This document shows, in pieces, positions 29,841-38,101 of a stretch of 63,654 nucleotides of DNA. The position numbers and the translations under genes are program-made. The notes beneath the pieces are model-generated. The model was not told the origin of the DNA. It ran no database searches and worked only from the letters and a program-made list of their open reading frames with translations. Within the stretch, counting starts at the first letter, position 1. Every line of letters starts with the position of its first letter. This DNA is from an uncultured Anaerolineales bacterium. GTDB lineage: Bacteria; Chloroflexota; Anaerolineae; Anaerolineales; UBA11858. The stretch lies in the NCBI GenBank assembly GCA_964457375.1, contig CAYWFK010000007.1:1-63654 (forward strand), written 5' to 3'.

Positions 29841-30545
29841 ATGAATATGAGGAAAGTTTTGGTTACCGGAGCCAATCGGGGGCTTGGCCTGGAATTTACA
29901 CGTCAGTTTTTAGGGCGTGGCGACCGTGTGTTTGCTGCGTGCCGAAAGCCGGAGGGTGCAGTTGATTTGCAGCATTTGGCATCGGCGTATCCGAAGAGAA
30001 CGACTGTCTTGACGATGGATGTGACGAAGGAAGAAGACCTTGCGACCGCCTATGATATTGTTGCCGAACAAGCCGGAAGTCTGGATATTCTGGTCAATAA
30101 TGCGGGGATAATTTACCGCGGGGAGACACCCGAAAATATTCGTGCGGATGTTTTCAGGCAGAGTTTCGAGGTCAATGCGATTGCCCCGATGATGGTTGCT
30201 CAAAAATTCCTGCCGCTGCTGGAAAAGGGAACGGCGCCGAAAATCATCAATCTTACTTCGCAGCTGGGGTCATTGACCCGGAAAACGTTCGGCGGGCATT
30301 ATTCGTATAGCAGCAGTAAGGCTGCCCTGAATATGTTCACGCGAACATTGGCGTTCGATATCCGTTCCCGGGGCATTGTCGTGGTTGTCGTTCATCCGGG
30401 TTGGGTGAAAACCGATATGGGCGGAGAGGCTGCACCGTTGCGCGCTGCGGATGCGGTTCACGGGATGATGGAGTTGATCGACCGTTTGACGATCGAGAAT
30501 ACCGGCGCTTTTTATTCCTGGGAGGGCGAAACACTTCCCTGGTAA
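29841..30545 (+). CDS. Short-chain dehydrogenase/reductase (CsgA-like)
   Basis: VLVTGANRGLG, NNAG, YSSSKAALN, HPGWVKTDMGG; GGAG RBS before ATG 29841. Confidence 0.93.
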   Translation: MNMRKVLVTGANRGLGLEFTRQFLGRGDRVFAACRKPEGAVDLQHLASAYPKRTTVLTMDVTKEEDLATAYDIVAEQAGSLDILVNNAGIIYRGETPENIRADVFRQSFEVNAIAPMMVAQKFLPLLEKGTAPKIINLTSQLGSLTRKTFGGHYSYSSSKAALNMFTRTLAFDIRSRGIVVVVVHPGWVKTDMGGEAAPLRAADAVHGMMELIDRLTIENTGAFYSWEGETLPW

Positions 30546-30870
30546 GGGGGGATGCATGTAGGGGTGAATGGAGAAGTTTTCCGATAAGCAGGTTCGCTGC
30601 ACTGGCGGCTGTCGAAAGCAAGCGGTATTTTGGCGTTTGGAAAGAAAGGCGCTTGCGCTGTTTGCGGCTGACCAGCTGAAACAGTGCGGCGGCAGTTGCC
30701 GCATGTGCGGTTGATGCCCGCATTTTGCTGCCGAGCGGCAGGGTGGCGGCATTCGCCTAAGGCGCTTGCGCCGGTGTGGCGGGTAATGTGTTATGGGGAT
30801 AGTAAAAATGCTTTCCGAATTGATAACAGGTTTTCGTTATAATTGATTGTATAATTGTGCAGGTATCTGA

Positions 30871-32517
30871 ATGATGTCAATTGACAAAGAAAGATTATTG
30901 GCTACGCTAAAACGTATCGACAGGGGGAAAATCAGGGAAGAAGATGTATTCTTCCTGAATGATGCCTGTCGTGAAATGATGGAAATTATCGACGTTCAGG
31001 GGAAAATGCAGGGGAGCAGCTTCTGGGCTGACCGGGCAATCAGCCTGGTGAAGGCTTTGGTGGAAATCTCTTCTTTGCAGCAGGGAGAAGCGATTGCCAG
31101 GGCTGCTGTGGAGAGTATTACCCGTTATTGGGGAATGGACTCCGGGGCATTGATTGTTTGGGATGCCGACATGGACAAACCGGTCAACCGGGTGACTTGC
31201 GGGGACGTCGACTGGGAAGGGCTTCTTTCACCTTATTTGGAGATGAAGACGGAAAATATGCCGCTGGCGGCGTTGTTCGACAGGGACTATACCCAGCTGC
31301 CCTGGGTGTTCAATGGCTTCGATGATGAAGGCCTGACCGATGCGGAAAAGGACTTCATTCGCAAGAATGGAATCAAAACGTTGGTGACGATTCCGATAAT
31401 GGCGGATGGCATGGTGATTGGTTTGATTTTGACCGCAGATGTCAGCAAGGAGCATGCGCTGACCGAGCAGCAATTGGCATTGGGAGGTTTGTTTGCCAAT
31501 CAGGCGGGTATCCTGATTGAGAGGACACGGCTTTACAAGGCGACGCAGAAACGCGCTGCTGAATTGCAGGCATTGCATCAAATCAGTTTGAGTCTCACTG
31601 CCAGCCTCGATTTGCAAAAGGTGCTGCAAGCCATTCTCGAAAGCACCTTGCGAATGCTTGTGGATGCCGAAGATGCTCATATTTTCCTGTTCGACGGCAG
31701 AAAACTGAGTTTTGGGGCTGTTTTGTGGCTGGATGGTAACAAGGAAAAAGTCTGGTCTCAACCCCGCGAAAACGGCTTGACGAATACGGTTGCGCAGAGA
31801 GGAAACTTGATTTATATTCCGGATATGCAGCGTCATGAATTATTCAAGGGGATGCCGTCCAACTGGAAAGGATCGATTATCGGTATGCCATTGAAAATCG
31901 GACATCGGGTTGTGGGGGTGATGACGGTCGCGCATCCGGAAACGAATGCATTTACGGCGGATGAAATCCGGATTTTACGTTTGATTGGCGATCAAGCGGC
32001 GATTGCTATCGAAAACGCCCGTTTGCATGATTTAGCCAATCGTCAGGCTCATACGGATATGTTGACGAATTTGCCGAACCGCCGGGCTTTGATCGAACGC
32101 CTGGAAGATGAAATCAGACGTTCGAAACGATACGAGCATTATTTTACGATTGTCATGATGGATCTGGACCGTTTCAAGCGCGTCAACGATACTTTCGGAC
32201 ACCCGACCGGTGATGCGGTGCTCAAAAATATTGCGGAAAGCATGAGTGATGTGATTCGCGAAACCGATTTTCTGGCGCGATATGGCGGCGATGAATTTAC
32301 CCTTTTGTTGCCTGAAACGGATTTTGCAACGGCAAAGGCCTTAAGTGATCGCTTGAAAGAGGTCATTGCCGGTTATTGTGACAAGAACCGGCTGATTGGG
32401 TCTATTAAACTTGGCTTGTCAGTCGGTATTGCAACTTTTCCGGAACATGGGAAAACAGTGCGGGATTTATTGGCGAGTGCAGATTCGAAAATGTATCGAG
32501 ACAAAACGTTAGGTTGA
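30871..32517 (+). CDS. GAF-GAF-GGDEF diguanylate cyclase
   Basis: Two GAF domains, DMLTNLPNRR, DLDRFKRVND, I-site RETD and intact RYGGDEF. Confidence 0.92.
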   Translation: MMSIDKERLLATLKRIDRGKIREEDVFFLNDACREMMEIIDVQGKMQGSSFWADRAISLVKALVEISSLQQGEAIARAAVESITRYWGMDSGALIVWDADMDKPVNRVTCGDVDWEGLLSPYLEMKTENMPLAALFDRDYTQLPWVFNGFDDEGLTDAEKDFIRKNGIKTLVTIPIMADGMVIGLILTADVSKEHALTEQQLALGGLFANQAGILIERTRLYKATQKRAAELQALHQISLSLTASLDLQKVLQAILESTLRMLVDAEDAHIFLFDGRKLSFGAVLWLDGNKEKVWSQPRENGLTNTVAQRGNLIYIPDMQRHELFKGMPSNWKGSIIGMPLKIGHRVVGVMTVAHPETNAFTADEIRILRLIGDQAAIAIENARLHDLANRQAHTDMLTNLPNRRALIERLEDEIRRSKRYEHYFTIVMMDLDRFKRVNDTFGHPTGDAVLKNIAESMSDVIRETDFLARYGGDEFTLLLPETDFATAKALSDRLKEVIAGYCDKNRLIGSIKLGLSVGIATFPEHGKTVRDLLASADSKMYRDKTLG

Positions 32518-32523
32518 TGAATA

Positions 32524-33672
32524 GTGGTGAGTGACAAGTTGAAAATTCCAGGTGTTCAGGCTGCTGTTGATGTGTGGAAGAATATTCAGGAAGTCGATTT
32601 GCGTCCCGTCCGTGAGGAGGCGGAACGCAATGTGCGCATCGCTATTGTCGGAAAGGCGGGAACGGGGAAACAGGCACTTGCGGCACAGATGCGCTATGAT
32701 CCTGCACTTCCGGAGCAGCGTACCCATACCCCCGTTTGGTTGCTGGAACCGGTGGATGCAGGTGATGACCTCGACGCAGACCTGATTATCTTGCTGGTTG
32801 ATTTATTTGATCAAAAGTACGCGCGTGAAGCGGAACTGCTGCGGCAATGGCAGCAACTTGGGAAGCAGGTGCTGACGATTTTTGTCTTGTCGGCAGATGA
32901 GAATATTGATATGGCGGAAGAAAAACTGGCCAAACTGACCTCCGGCAATGTGTTGGCAGGCTGCATTGGAAACCCCGAGTTTATCAAACAACATTTCGTC
33001 CCGTCTGTAATCAGCCTGCTTGCGGAAGATTTGCTCTCACTTGGCAGGCAATTTCCTCTCTTTCGCTTGCCGATTGCCCGCAAACTAATCAATGACGTTT
33101 CTTTTTCCAATGCCATGTATGCTTTCAGCACGGGAATCGGTGAAATCGTTCCTGTGCTGGATATTCCGCTGAATGTGGCGGATGTTGTCGTGCTGACAAA
33201 AGCGCAGGCATTTTTGGTGTATAAACTTGGGCTGCTGTTCGGGTATTCCGTTCATTGGCGGGATTATCTTGCGGAGTTCAGCGGTATTTTGGGCGGTGGT
33301 TTTCTGTGGCGGCAGATTGCGCGTCAATTGATTGGCTTGATTCCCGTTTGGGGAATTGTTCCGAAGACGGCAGTGGCATATGCAGGCACTTATGCGGTGG
33401 GGGAGGCTGTTCTGGCGTGGTACATAACCGGGCGACAGGTAACGAAAGAGCAGCTGCGCCGGCTGTACCGAAAGGCATTTGCATCGGGAAAAAACCTGGC
33501 GAAATCACTGGCTTCCAAAGCCGCCCCTTCACGCCTGAAACTCTTCAAACGGAAAACGAAAAATGCACTGTCTGCCGGCGGGAAAACAAACAACAAACCG
33601 TGCCCGGCTTGCGGGAAAAACAATCAGCCGGATGCGCGGTTCTGCCAGTATTGCGGGAGGGTGCTCGAGTGA
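32524..33672 (+). CDS. Degenerate P-loop GTPase-like + DUF697/YcjF-like domain + C-terminal zinc ribbon
   Basis: IAIVGKAGTGKQ, IVPVLDIPLNVADVVVLTKAQ, CPACGKNN...FCQYCG. Confidence 0.65.
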   Translation: MVSDKLKIPGVQAAVDVWKNIQEVDLRPVREEAERNVRIAIVGKAGTGKQALAAQMRYDPALPEQRTHTPVWLLEPVDAGDDLDADLIILLVDLFDQKYAREAELLRQWQQLGKQVLTIFVLSADENIDMAEEKLAKLTSGNVLAGCIGNPEFIKQHFVPSVISLLAEDLLSLGRQFPLFRLPIARKLINDVSFSNAMYAFSTGIGEIVPVLDIPLNVADVVVLTKAQAFLVYKLGLLFGYSVHWRDYLAEFSGILGGGFLWRQIARQLIGLIPVWGIVPKTAVAYAGTYAVGEAVLAWYITGRQVTKEQLRRLYRKAFASGKNLAKSLASKAAPSRLKLFKRKTKNALSAGGKTNNKPCPACGKNNQPDARFCQYCGRVLE

Positions 33673-36600
33673 ATTGGCAAATCACCCGCCCGAAGGTCAT
33701 CGTTCCCCGGCGAAGGTCCAATATCCTTTCACGCAGAAGGCTGCTGGCTGCTTTCGAAGATATTCTGGATTACAAGCTGATTTTGCTGATTTCTCCCCCC
33801 GGTTATGGAAAAACGACATTACTCGTCGATATGGCGCACCAGTCTGAGCTGCCGGTTTGCTGGTATTCGCTTGATCCGCTGGATGAAGAGCCTCAGCGTT
33901 TTCTCAGCCATTTCATCGCATCGATTGCCCAGCGTTTTCCTGAATTCGGTGAACGCTCTATGGCGCTTGTTCAGGATGATTTTCAGATCGAGGCAAACCT
34001 TGTTCAGATTGTCAATGCGATTGTAAACGATGCTTACGATCATATCCATGAGCATTTCATCATGGTGCTGGATGATTTTCATACTGTCGAAAATAACCGG
34101 ACGGTGATCGACTTCATCAATCGTTTCATCCAGCAGGTCGATGAAAATTTCCACCTTGTGATTTCTTCGCGCACCCTGCTTTCACTGCCGGATTTACCCC
34201 TGATGGTCAGCCGGTCTCAGGTTTGGGGGTTGAGCTTCGAAGAACTTGCTTTTCGTCCCGATGAAATTCAGGCGCTGGTTTCGCAAAACTACAGGCTTTC
34301 ACTTACCCGTGCCGAGGCGAACGCGCTGGAGCAGCGTACCGAGGGATGGATTACGGGGCTGATTCTTTCTGCTGAAACGGATTGGGTAAACAGGGACGGG
34401 CAGGTTTTGTTTAGCCGTATCTCCGGGGTGAATTTGTATGAGTACTGGGCGCAGCAGGTGCTCGAACGACAACCCCCCGAAGTCAGGGATGCTTTGCTGC
34501 GCACCTCCTTGCTGGATGAGTTCAACGGGCAAATTTGCGGCGAGGTGATCGGGAAACCGCCGAAAGGGTTTACCTGGGAAAAAATAACCGCTGTGCTGAT
34601 GAAGAATAACCTCTTCGTTCAGACAATTGATGATCAAAGTACGTGGCTCAGGTATCATCGTTTGTTCCGCGATTTTCTGCGTGCCAAAATGGCTGAGTTG
34701 TATCCGAAAGAAAGAGCGGCGATTCTTTGGCGTTTGGCACAGTATTTTGTAAAAAAGGATGAATGGGAACAAGCGTATGCGATTTACCTGCGTTTGGAGG
34801 ATTATGATGCGGCTGCGCAATTAATCGCCAGCGCGGGGCGTTCGTTGCTGGGCAGCGGGCGGCTTTCGGCTTTGGCAGACTGGATCGATCGTTTGCCCAG
34901 GCAGACGCGGGATTCCTACCCGGTGCTGTTGTCGCTGCGTGGGTATGTGGCTGCCATGTTTGGCGATGGCGACGAAGGGCTGGCGCTGCTCAATCAGGCT
35001 GCGGAGCGTTTTCAGGCACTGAATGACAAAGAGCGTCTGGCTGGTGTGCTTTCGTGGCGCGCTGCCGTGCATCGGATGATGGGGTATTACCAAACCTCGA
35101 TTGCGGATTCGAAAAAGATCATTGCTTTGGCTGCGGAAATCGAAAATCCTGATATGTATGTTGCCGAGGCATACAGGAATTATGGACTGAGCCTTTATCG
35201 CCTGGGGGAAATCAGGAATAGTGTCGAATATGTGGAGAAAGCGCTGGATACTTACCTGAGAATTGGAGAAGATGATCTCGCTGCTCAGACGAGTGCAGAT
35301 TTGGGGATAATTTTCAGAAACCTTCAGGTATATGAAAGAGCGGAAAAAGCTTATACCCGGGCGCTTGACCATTGGCGGGAAACAGGAAATTATGTTCAAC
35401 AAGTGTCAATCTTGAATAATCTGGGTGTGCTGGTGCAGTCTCAGGGAGATTACAGGCGGGCTCATGAATTGTTCGAAGAAGCCATGGGCAAAGCACACGG
35501 GATCGGTTATTTGCGGGCTGAATCTTTTGCCTTGACGAGTCTTGCTGATTTGTATCTTGAGCTGGAAGCCTACCAGGCAGCCCGAGATGCTTATGCCAAC
35601 GCTGAGGCTCTTGTGGACCAAACCGAAGACCGCTATTTGATGCTTTATATCCTCTCGAAGAGGGTGTTCCTGGCAAATCAGGGCTTCGACGCGGAAGAAG
35701 ACCCTCGCGTCCTGTTGGGAACGATGGCAGGTATCATCGGACGTGACAGCTCGGATTATGAATGTGGTATGCTGGCATTGACTGCCGGCACCCTGGCTGT
35801 CGAATGCGAAGCGTTTTCAGAAGCGGAGCAGCAGTTTGTGCAGGCGGTCGAGTGTCTTTCAAAGGGTGGAAAACCTCTTGAATGTGCACATGCCGGTTTT
35901 TCGCTGGCGAATCTTTGCTTTCTGCGCTCGGAACAGGATAAAGCACTGGAGCATTTGCAGAAAGCGTTCCAGTGGCTTGAAGTCAGCGGGTTTGATTGTT
36001 CCATGGCTGTACTGGGCCGGGAATTCAAGGACTTGTTTGTTGCCTTCAAGGAAATGCCTGCGGTCAGTCGGAAGATTGTCCCGCTTCTTTCGAGAATCGA
36101 AGCATTCGAGAAGCAATTACCCGGCATTCGAAAAGAAATTCGCCGTATGGTGGCATCGAATGCTTTTGCGCCTCCCAGGCTTGAAATCCGGGCGTTTGGC
36201 ACTGCCCGGGTAGAAATCGACGGAAAACCGGTAACAGGCTCGGACTGGATGCAGCAGCGCATTGTACGAAGCTTGTTTTTTTATCTGCTTGCCCATCCGT
36301 CGTATGGGGTTTCGAAAGATGTGATTGGGACGGTGTTTTGGCCTGAAAGCAGCAGCACCCGGCTGAAAAGGCAATTCAAGAATGCGATTTATCGGCTGCG
36401 GCAGGCTTTGGGCAAGAATGTCGTGTTGTTCGATGGTGACGTGTATTGGTTCAACCGCGAGCTGGATTATGAGTATGATGTGGAAATATTCCGCGAAAAG
36501 CTGGAAACCGCCGAAAAAATGGAGGATCCTGAAATCCGCCTGAATGCTTATCAAGAGGCTATCGAGTTGTATCGTGGTGATTATTTGCAGGATATCGGTG

Positions 36601-36905
36601 ACGGGTGGGCTATTCTGGAACGGGAGTTGCTGCGCAGGGCTTATCAGGATGCCTTGTTACATGCGGCAGAGATACGCTTTGAGCGCGGTGAGTATGAAAA
36701 GGCACTGGATTTGTGCGAGAAAGCACTTCATACGGATAACTGCATGGAACCGGCTTATCGCCTTGAAATGCAAGTTTATGATGCGCTGGGAAACCGCTCG
36801 GGGGTTGTGAGAGTTTACAAGCGTTGTGTGAATACACTCGAAAAAGAACTGGGGGTTGTCCCTTCGCCGCAAACGGAAAAGCTTTATTTGTACCTGACGC
36901 ACTGA
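33669..36905 (+). CDS. MalT-like (STAND) ATPase-TPR-BTAD transcriptional activator
   Basis: Start reassigned to GTG 33669 (overlaps upstream TGA). RPKVIVP...SPPGYGKTT Walker A, MVLDDFH Walker B, central TPR repeats, C-terminal SARP-like wHTH (LEIRAFG) and BTAD (AIELYRGDYL..W...ERE.LR). Confidence 0.88.
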   Translation: MNWQITRPKVIVPRRRSNILSRRRLLAAFEDILDYKLILLISPPGYGKTTLLVDMAHQSELPVCWYSLDPLDEEPQRFLSHFIASIAQRFPEFGERSMALVQDDFQIEANLVQIVNAIVNDAYDHIHEHFIMVLDDFHTVENNRTVIDFINRFIQQVDENFHLVISSRTLLSLPDLPLMVSRSQVWGLSFEELAFRPDEIQALVSQNYRLSLTRAEANALEQRTEGWITGLILSAETDWVNRDGQVLFSRISGVNLYEYWAQQVLERQPPEVRDALLRTSLLDEFNGQICGEVIGKPPKGFTWEKITAVLMKNNLFVQTIDDQSTWLRYHRLFRDFLRAKMAELYPKERAAILWRLAQYFVKKDEWEQAYAIYLRLEDYDAAAQLIASAGRSLLGSGRLSALADWIDRLPRQTRDSYPVLLSLRGYVAAMFGDGDEGLALLNQAAERFQALNDKERLAGVLSWRAAVHRMMGYYQTSIADSKKIIALAAEIENPDMYVAEAYRNYGLSLYRLGEIRNSVEYVEKALDTYLRIGEDDLAAQTSADLGIIFRNLQVYERAEKAYTRALDHWRETGNYVQQVSILNNLGVLVQSQGDYRRAHELFEEAMGKAHGIGYLRAESFALTSLADLYLELEAYQAARDAYANAEALVDQTEDRYLMLYILSKRVFLANQGFDAEEDPRVLLGTMAGIIGRDSSDYECGMLALTAGTLAVECEAFSEAEQQFVQAVECLSKGGKPLECAHAGFSLANLCFLRSEQDKALEHLQKAFQWLEVSGFDCSMAVLGREFKDLFVAFKEMPAVSRKIVPLLSRIEAFEKQLPGIRKEIRRMVASNAFAPPRLEIRAFGTARVEIDGKPVTGSDWMQQRIVRSLFFYLLAHPSYGVSKDVIGTVFWPESSSTRLKRQFKNAIYRLRQALGKNVVLFDGDVYWFNRELDYEYDVEIFREKLETAEKMEDPEIRLNAYQEAIELYRGDYLQDIGDGWAILERELLRRAYQDALLHAAEIRFERGEYEKALDLCEKALHTDNCMEPAYRLEMQVYDALGNRSGVVRVYKRCVNTLEKELGVVPSPQTEKLYLYLTH

Positions 36906-36957
36906 CCGGGGGAAGCGTAAGCCTCAACCGGCAAACAAAACGGGGGAAAGCAATCGC

Positions 36958-36993
36958 TTAAGAGCCACTTTCGGAGACTGGCATTTGCATAAT
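36958..36993 (+). promoter_or_regulatory. 21-bp element copy 1 plus CATAAT -10 box
   Basis: TTAAGAGCCACTTTCGGAGAC at 36958-36978; CATAAT at 36988-36993 (9-nt gap). Confidence 0.7.
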
Positions 36994-36999
36994 AGAACT

Positions 37000-37133
37000 A
37001 ACCGGCAACGGTTTTGTGCGACTGGATACAGGAATGTTTCTGTATCCATAAACGTGGTTAACTGCTTGATAATAAAAGGCACCTGACCCGGTTGGGGGCG
37101 CGAGGGGAAACGCTCCCAACCCCCTTTTTTATT
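37000..37133 (+). ncRNA. Candidate small RNA (~130 nt) between promoter copy 1 and an intrinsic terminator
   Basis: Putative promoter upstream, perfect 9-bp hairpin 37023-37048, terminator 37090-37133, no usable ORF. Confidence 0.4.
37090..37133 (+). terminator. Intrinsic terminator
   Basis: GGTTGGGGGCG/CGCTCCCAACC 11-bp stem (one G-U) followed by CCCTTTTTTATT. Confidence 0.75.
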
Positions 37134-37189
37134 GCCTTTGGAAAAGGAGCTTGCAAGTTTGTAAGGTGCAGCGGTTTCTGAGAGACGGT

Positions 37190-37226
37190 TTAAGAGCCAC
37201 TTTCGGAGACCGCTTTTTGTCATAAT
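37190..37226 (+). promoter_or_regulatory. 21-bp element copy 2 plus extended -10 (TG-N-CATAAT)
   Basis: Identical TTAAGAGCCACTTTCGGAGAC at 37190-37210; TGTCATAAT at 37218-37226 (10-nt gap to CATAAT). Confidence 0.7.
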
Positions 37227-37247
37227 GGGAAAGTCATATGAAATTCG

Positions 37248-37263
37248 GATGTCTATAGACATC
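37248..37263. promoter_or_regulatory. Perfect 16-bp palindrome, candidate operator
   Basis: GATGTCTATAGACATC is its own reverse complement; lies in the predicted 5' leader of the peptide operon. Confidence 0.5.
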
Positions 37264-37327
37264 TATTGAAAATACAAGTTGAAATCTCGTTATCGTTTGA
37301 TGTAAAAACCGAAAGGAGCGTGTAAGG

Positions 37328-37507
37328 ATGAAAGAAATGCAGCAGAAAATGATTGGGTTGATGGGACGAGTTGACAAAAAAGCTATTCAGATTATTTTTA
37401 TCGTTGTTACGCTGAGCTTGTTGGTGATTGGCGGCGGAGCACCTGAAATTGACGGTGGGCCCAGTGGCCCTGGTCCTTTGAGCGTTTTTCTTGGGAGCTT
37501 CTTCTAA
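37328..37507 (+). CDS. 59-aa signal-peptide-like precursor peptide (not in ORF track)
   Basis: AAGGAG RBS 9 nt upstream; MKEMQQKMIGLMGRVDKKAIQIIFIVVTLSLLVIGGGAPEIDGGPSGPGPLSVFLGSFF; TAA abuts the next GTG start. Confidence 0.8.
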   Translation: MKEMQQKMIGLMGRVDKKAIQIIFIVVTLSLLVIGGGAPEIDGGPSGPGPLSVFLGSFF

Positions 37508-38101
37508 GTGATTCTATTGCTGGCCGTGATAGCCGGGCTGGTAACAGGCTGGGCGCGGGCCAGAGTCCGAAACCGACATTTGAATTACCCTGATATTCGT
37601 GAGGGATGGCTGGTGTTACTCGCTGTCATCCCTCAGTTGTTGGTATTCAGAATTCCGGCAGTAGCGAAAAGGCTGCCTTTGTCTCTTGTAATCGGTATTC
37701 TGGTTGTCTCTCAGGCGGTGCTGGTCTGGTTCGCATGGCGTAATCGTCACCAGCAGGGTTTTACCTTTTTATGTGCCGGTTTGTTTTTGAACTTACTGGT
37801 AATGTCGCTAAATGGCGGGTTGATGCCTATTCGTCCTGAGGCAGTTGTCAAAATATTCCCTGCGCTATCACCCGATGTCTGGCAAGTTGGTGCCCGCCTT
37901 GGTTATGGCAAGGATATTGTTTTGACTTTGGAACAAACCAGGTTGTGGTGGCTTTCAGATTATTTCGTTCTTGCAGATAACCCCTGGTTTCGGATGGCTT
38001 TCAGTGTCGGGGATATCTTTATTGCCGTTGGGGCGTTTCTTTACTTATGGTCACTTGGAGGGCCAAATCTACAATCCGAGAAAGGAATGAATCTATCATG
38101 A
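37508..38101 (+). CDS. DUF5317-family membrane protein, putative LspA-like aspartic peptidase
   Basis: LNLLVMSLNGGLMPI...LWWLSDYF...FSVGDIFIAVG motifs characteristic of DUF5317; several TM helices. Confidence 0.8.
   Translation: MILLLAVIAGLVTGWARARVRNRHLNYPDIREGWLVLLAVIPQLLVFRIPAVAKRLPLSLVIGILVVSQAVLVWFAWRNRHQQGFTFLCAGLFLNLLVMSLNGGLMPIRPEAVVKIFPALSPDVWQVGARLGYGKDIVLTLEQTRLWWLSDYFVLADNPWFRMAFSVGDIFIAVGAFLYLWSLGGPNLQSEKGMNLS

Noticed and set aside
30546-30870. c-di-GMP riboswitch upstream of the GGDEF gene (also sought at 36906-37327)
   Set aside because: No GGCAAAC...GAAA...GACGCAAA (class I) or class II pattern visible; only short GC-rich hairpins.
33255-33668. N-terminal extension of the 1216-aa regulator ORF
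   Set aside because: Overlaps the upstream CDS by ~415 bp; MalT-like similarity begins at GTG 33669, which has a typical 4-bp overlap.
37062-37090. SRP-RNA-like TCAGG...AGCAG on the minus strand
   Set aside because: The segment between the motifs is not the required short GNRA-capped hairpin, and no long flanking helix is present.
36958-37210. 21-bp direct repeat as a CRISPR array
   Set aside because: Only two copies, 232 bp apart, each followed by a -10 box; no cas genes in the window.
36924-37262. 112-aa minus-strand ORF in the ORF track
   Set aside because: Antisense to clear plus-strand promoters and a terminator; no RBS or recognisable motif; likely a chance ORF.
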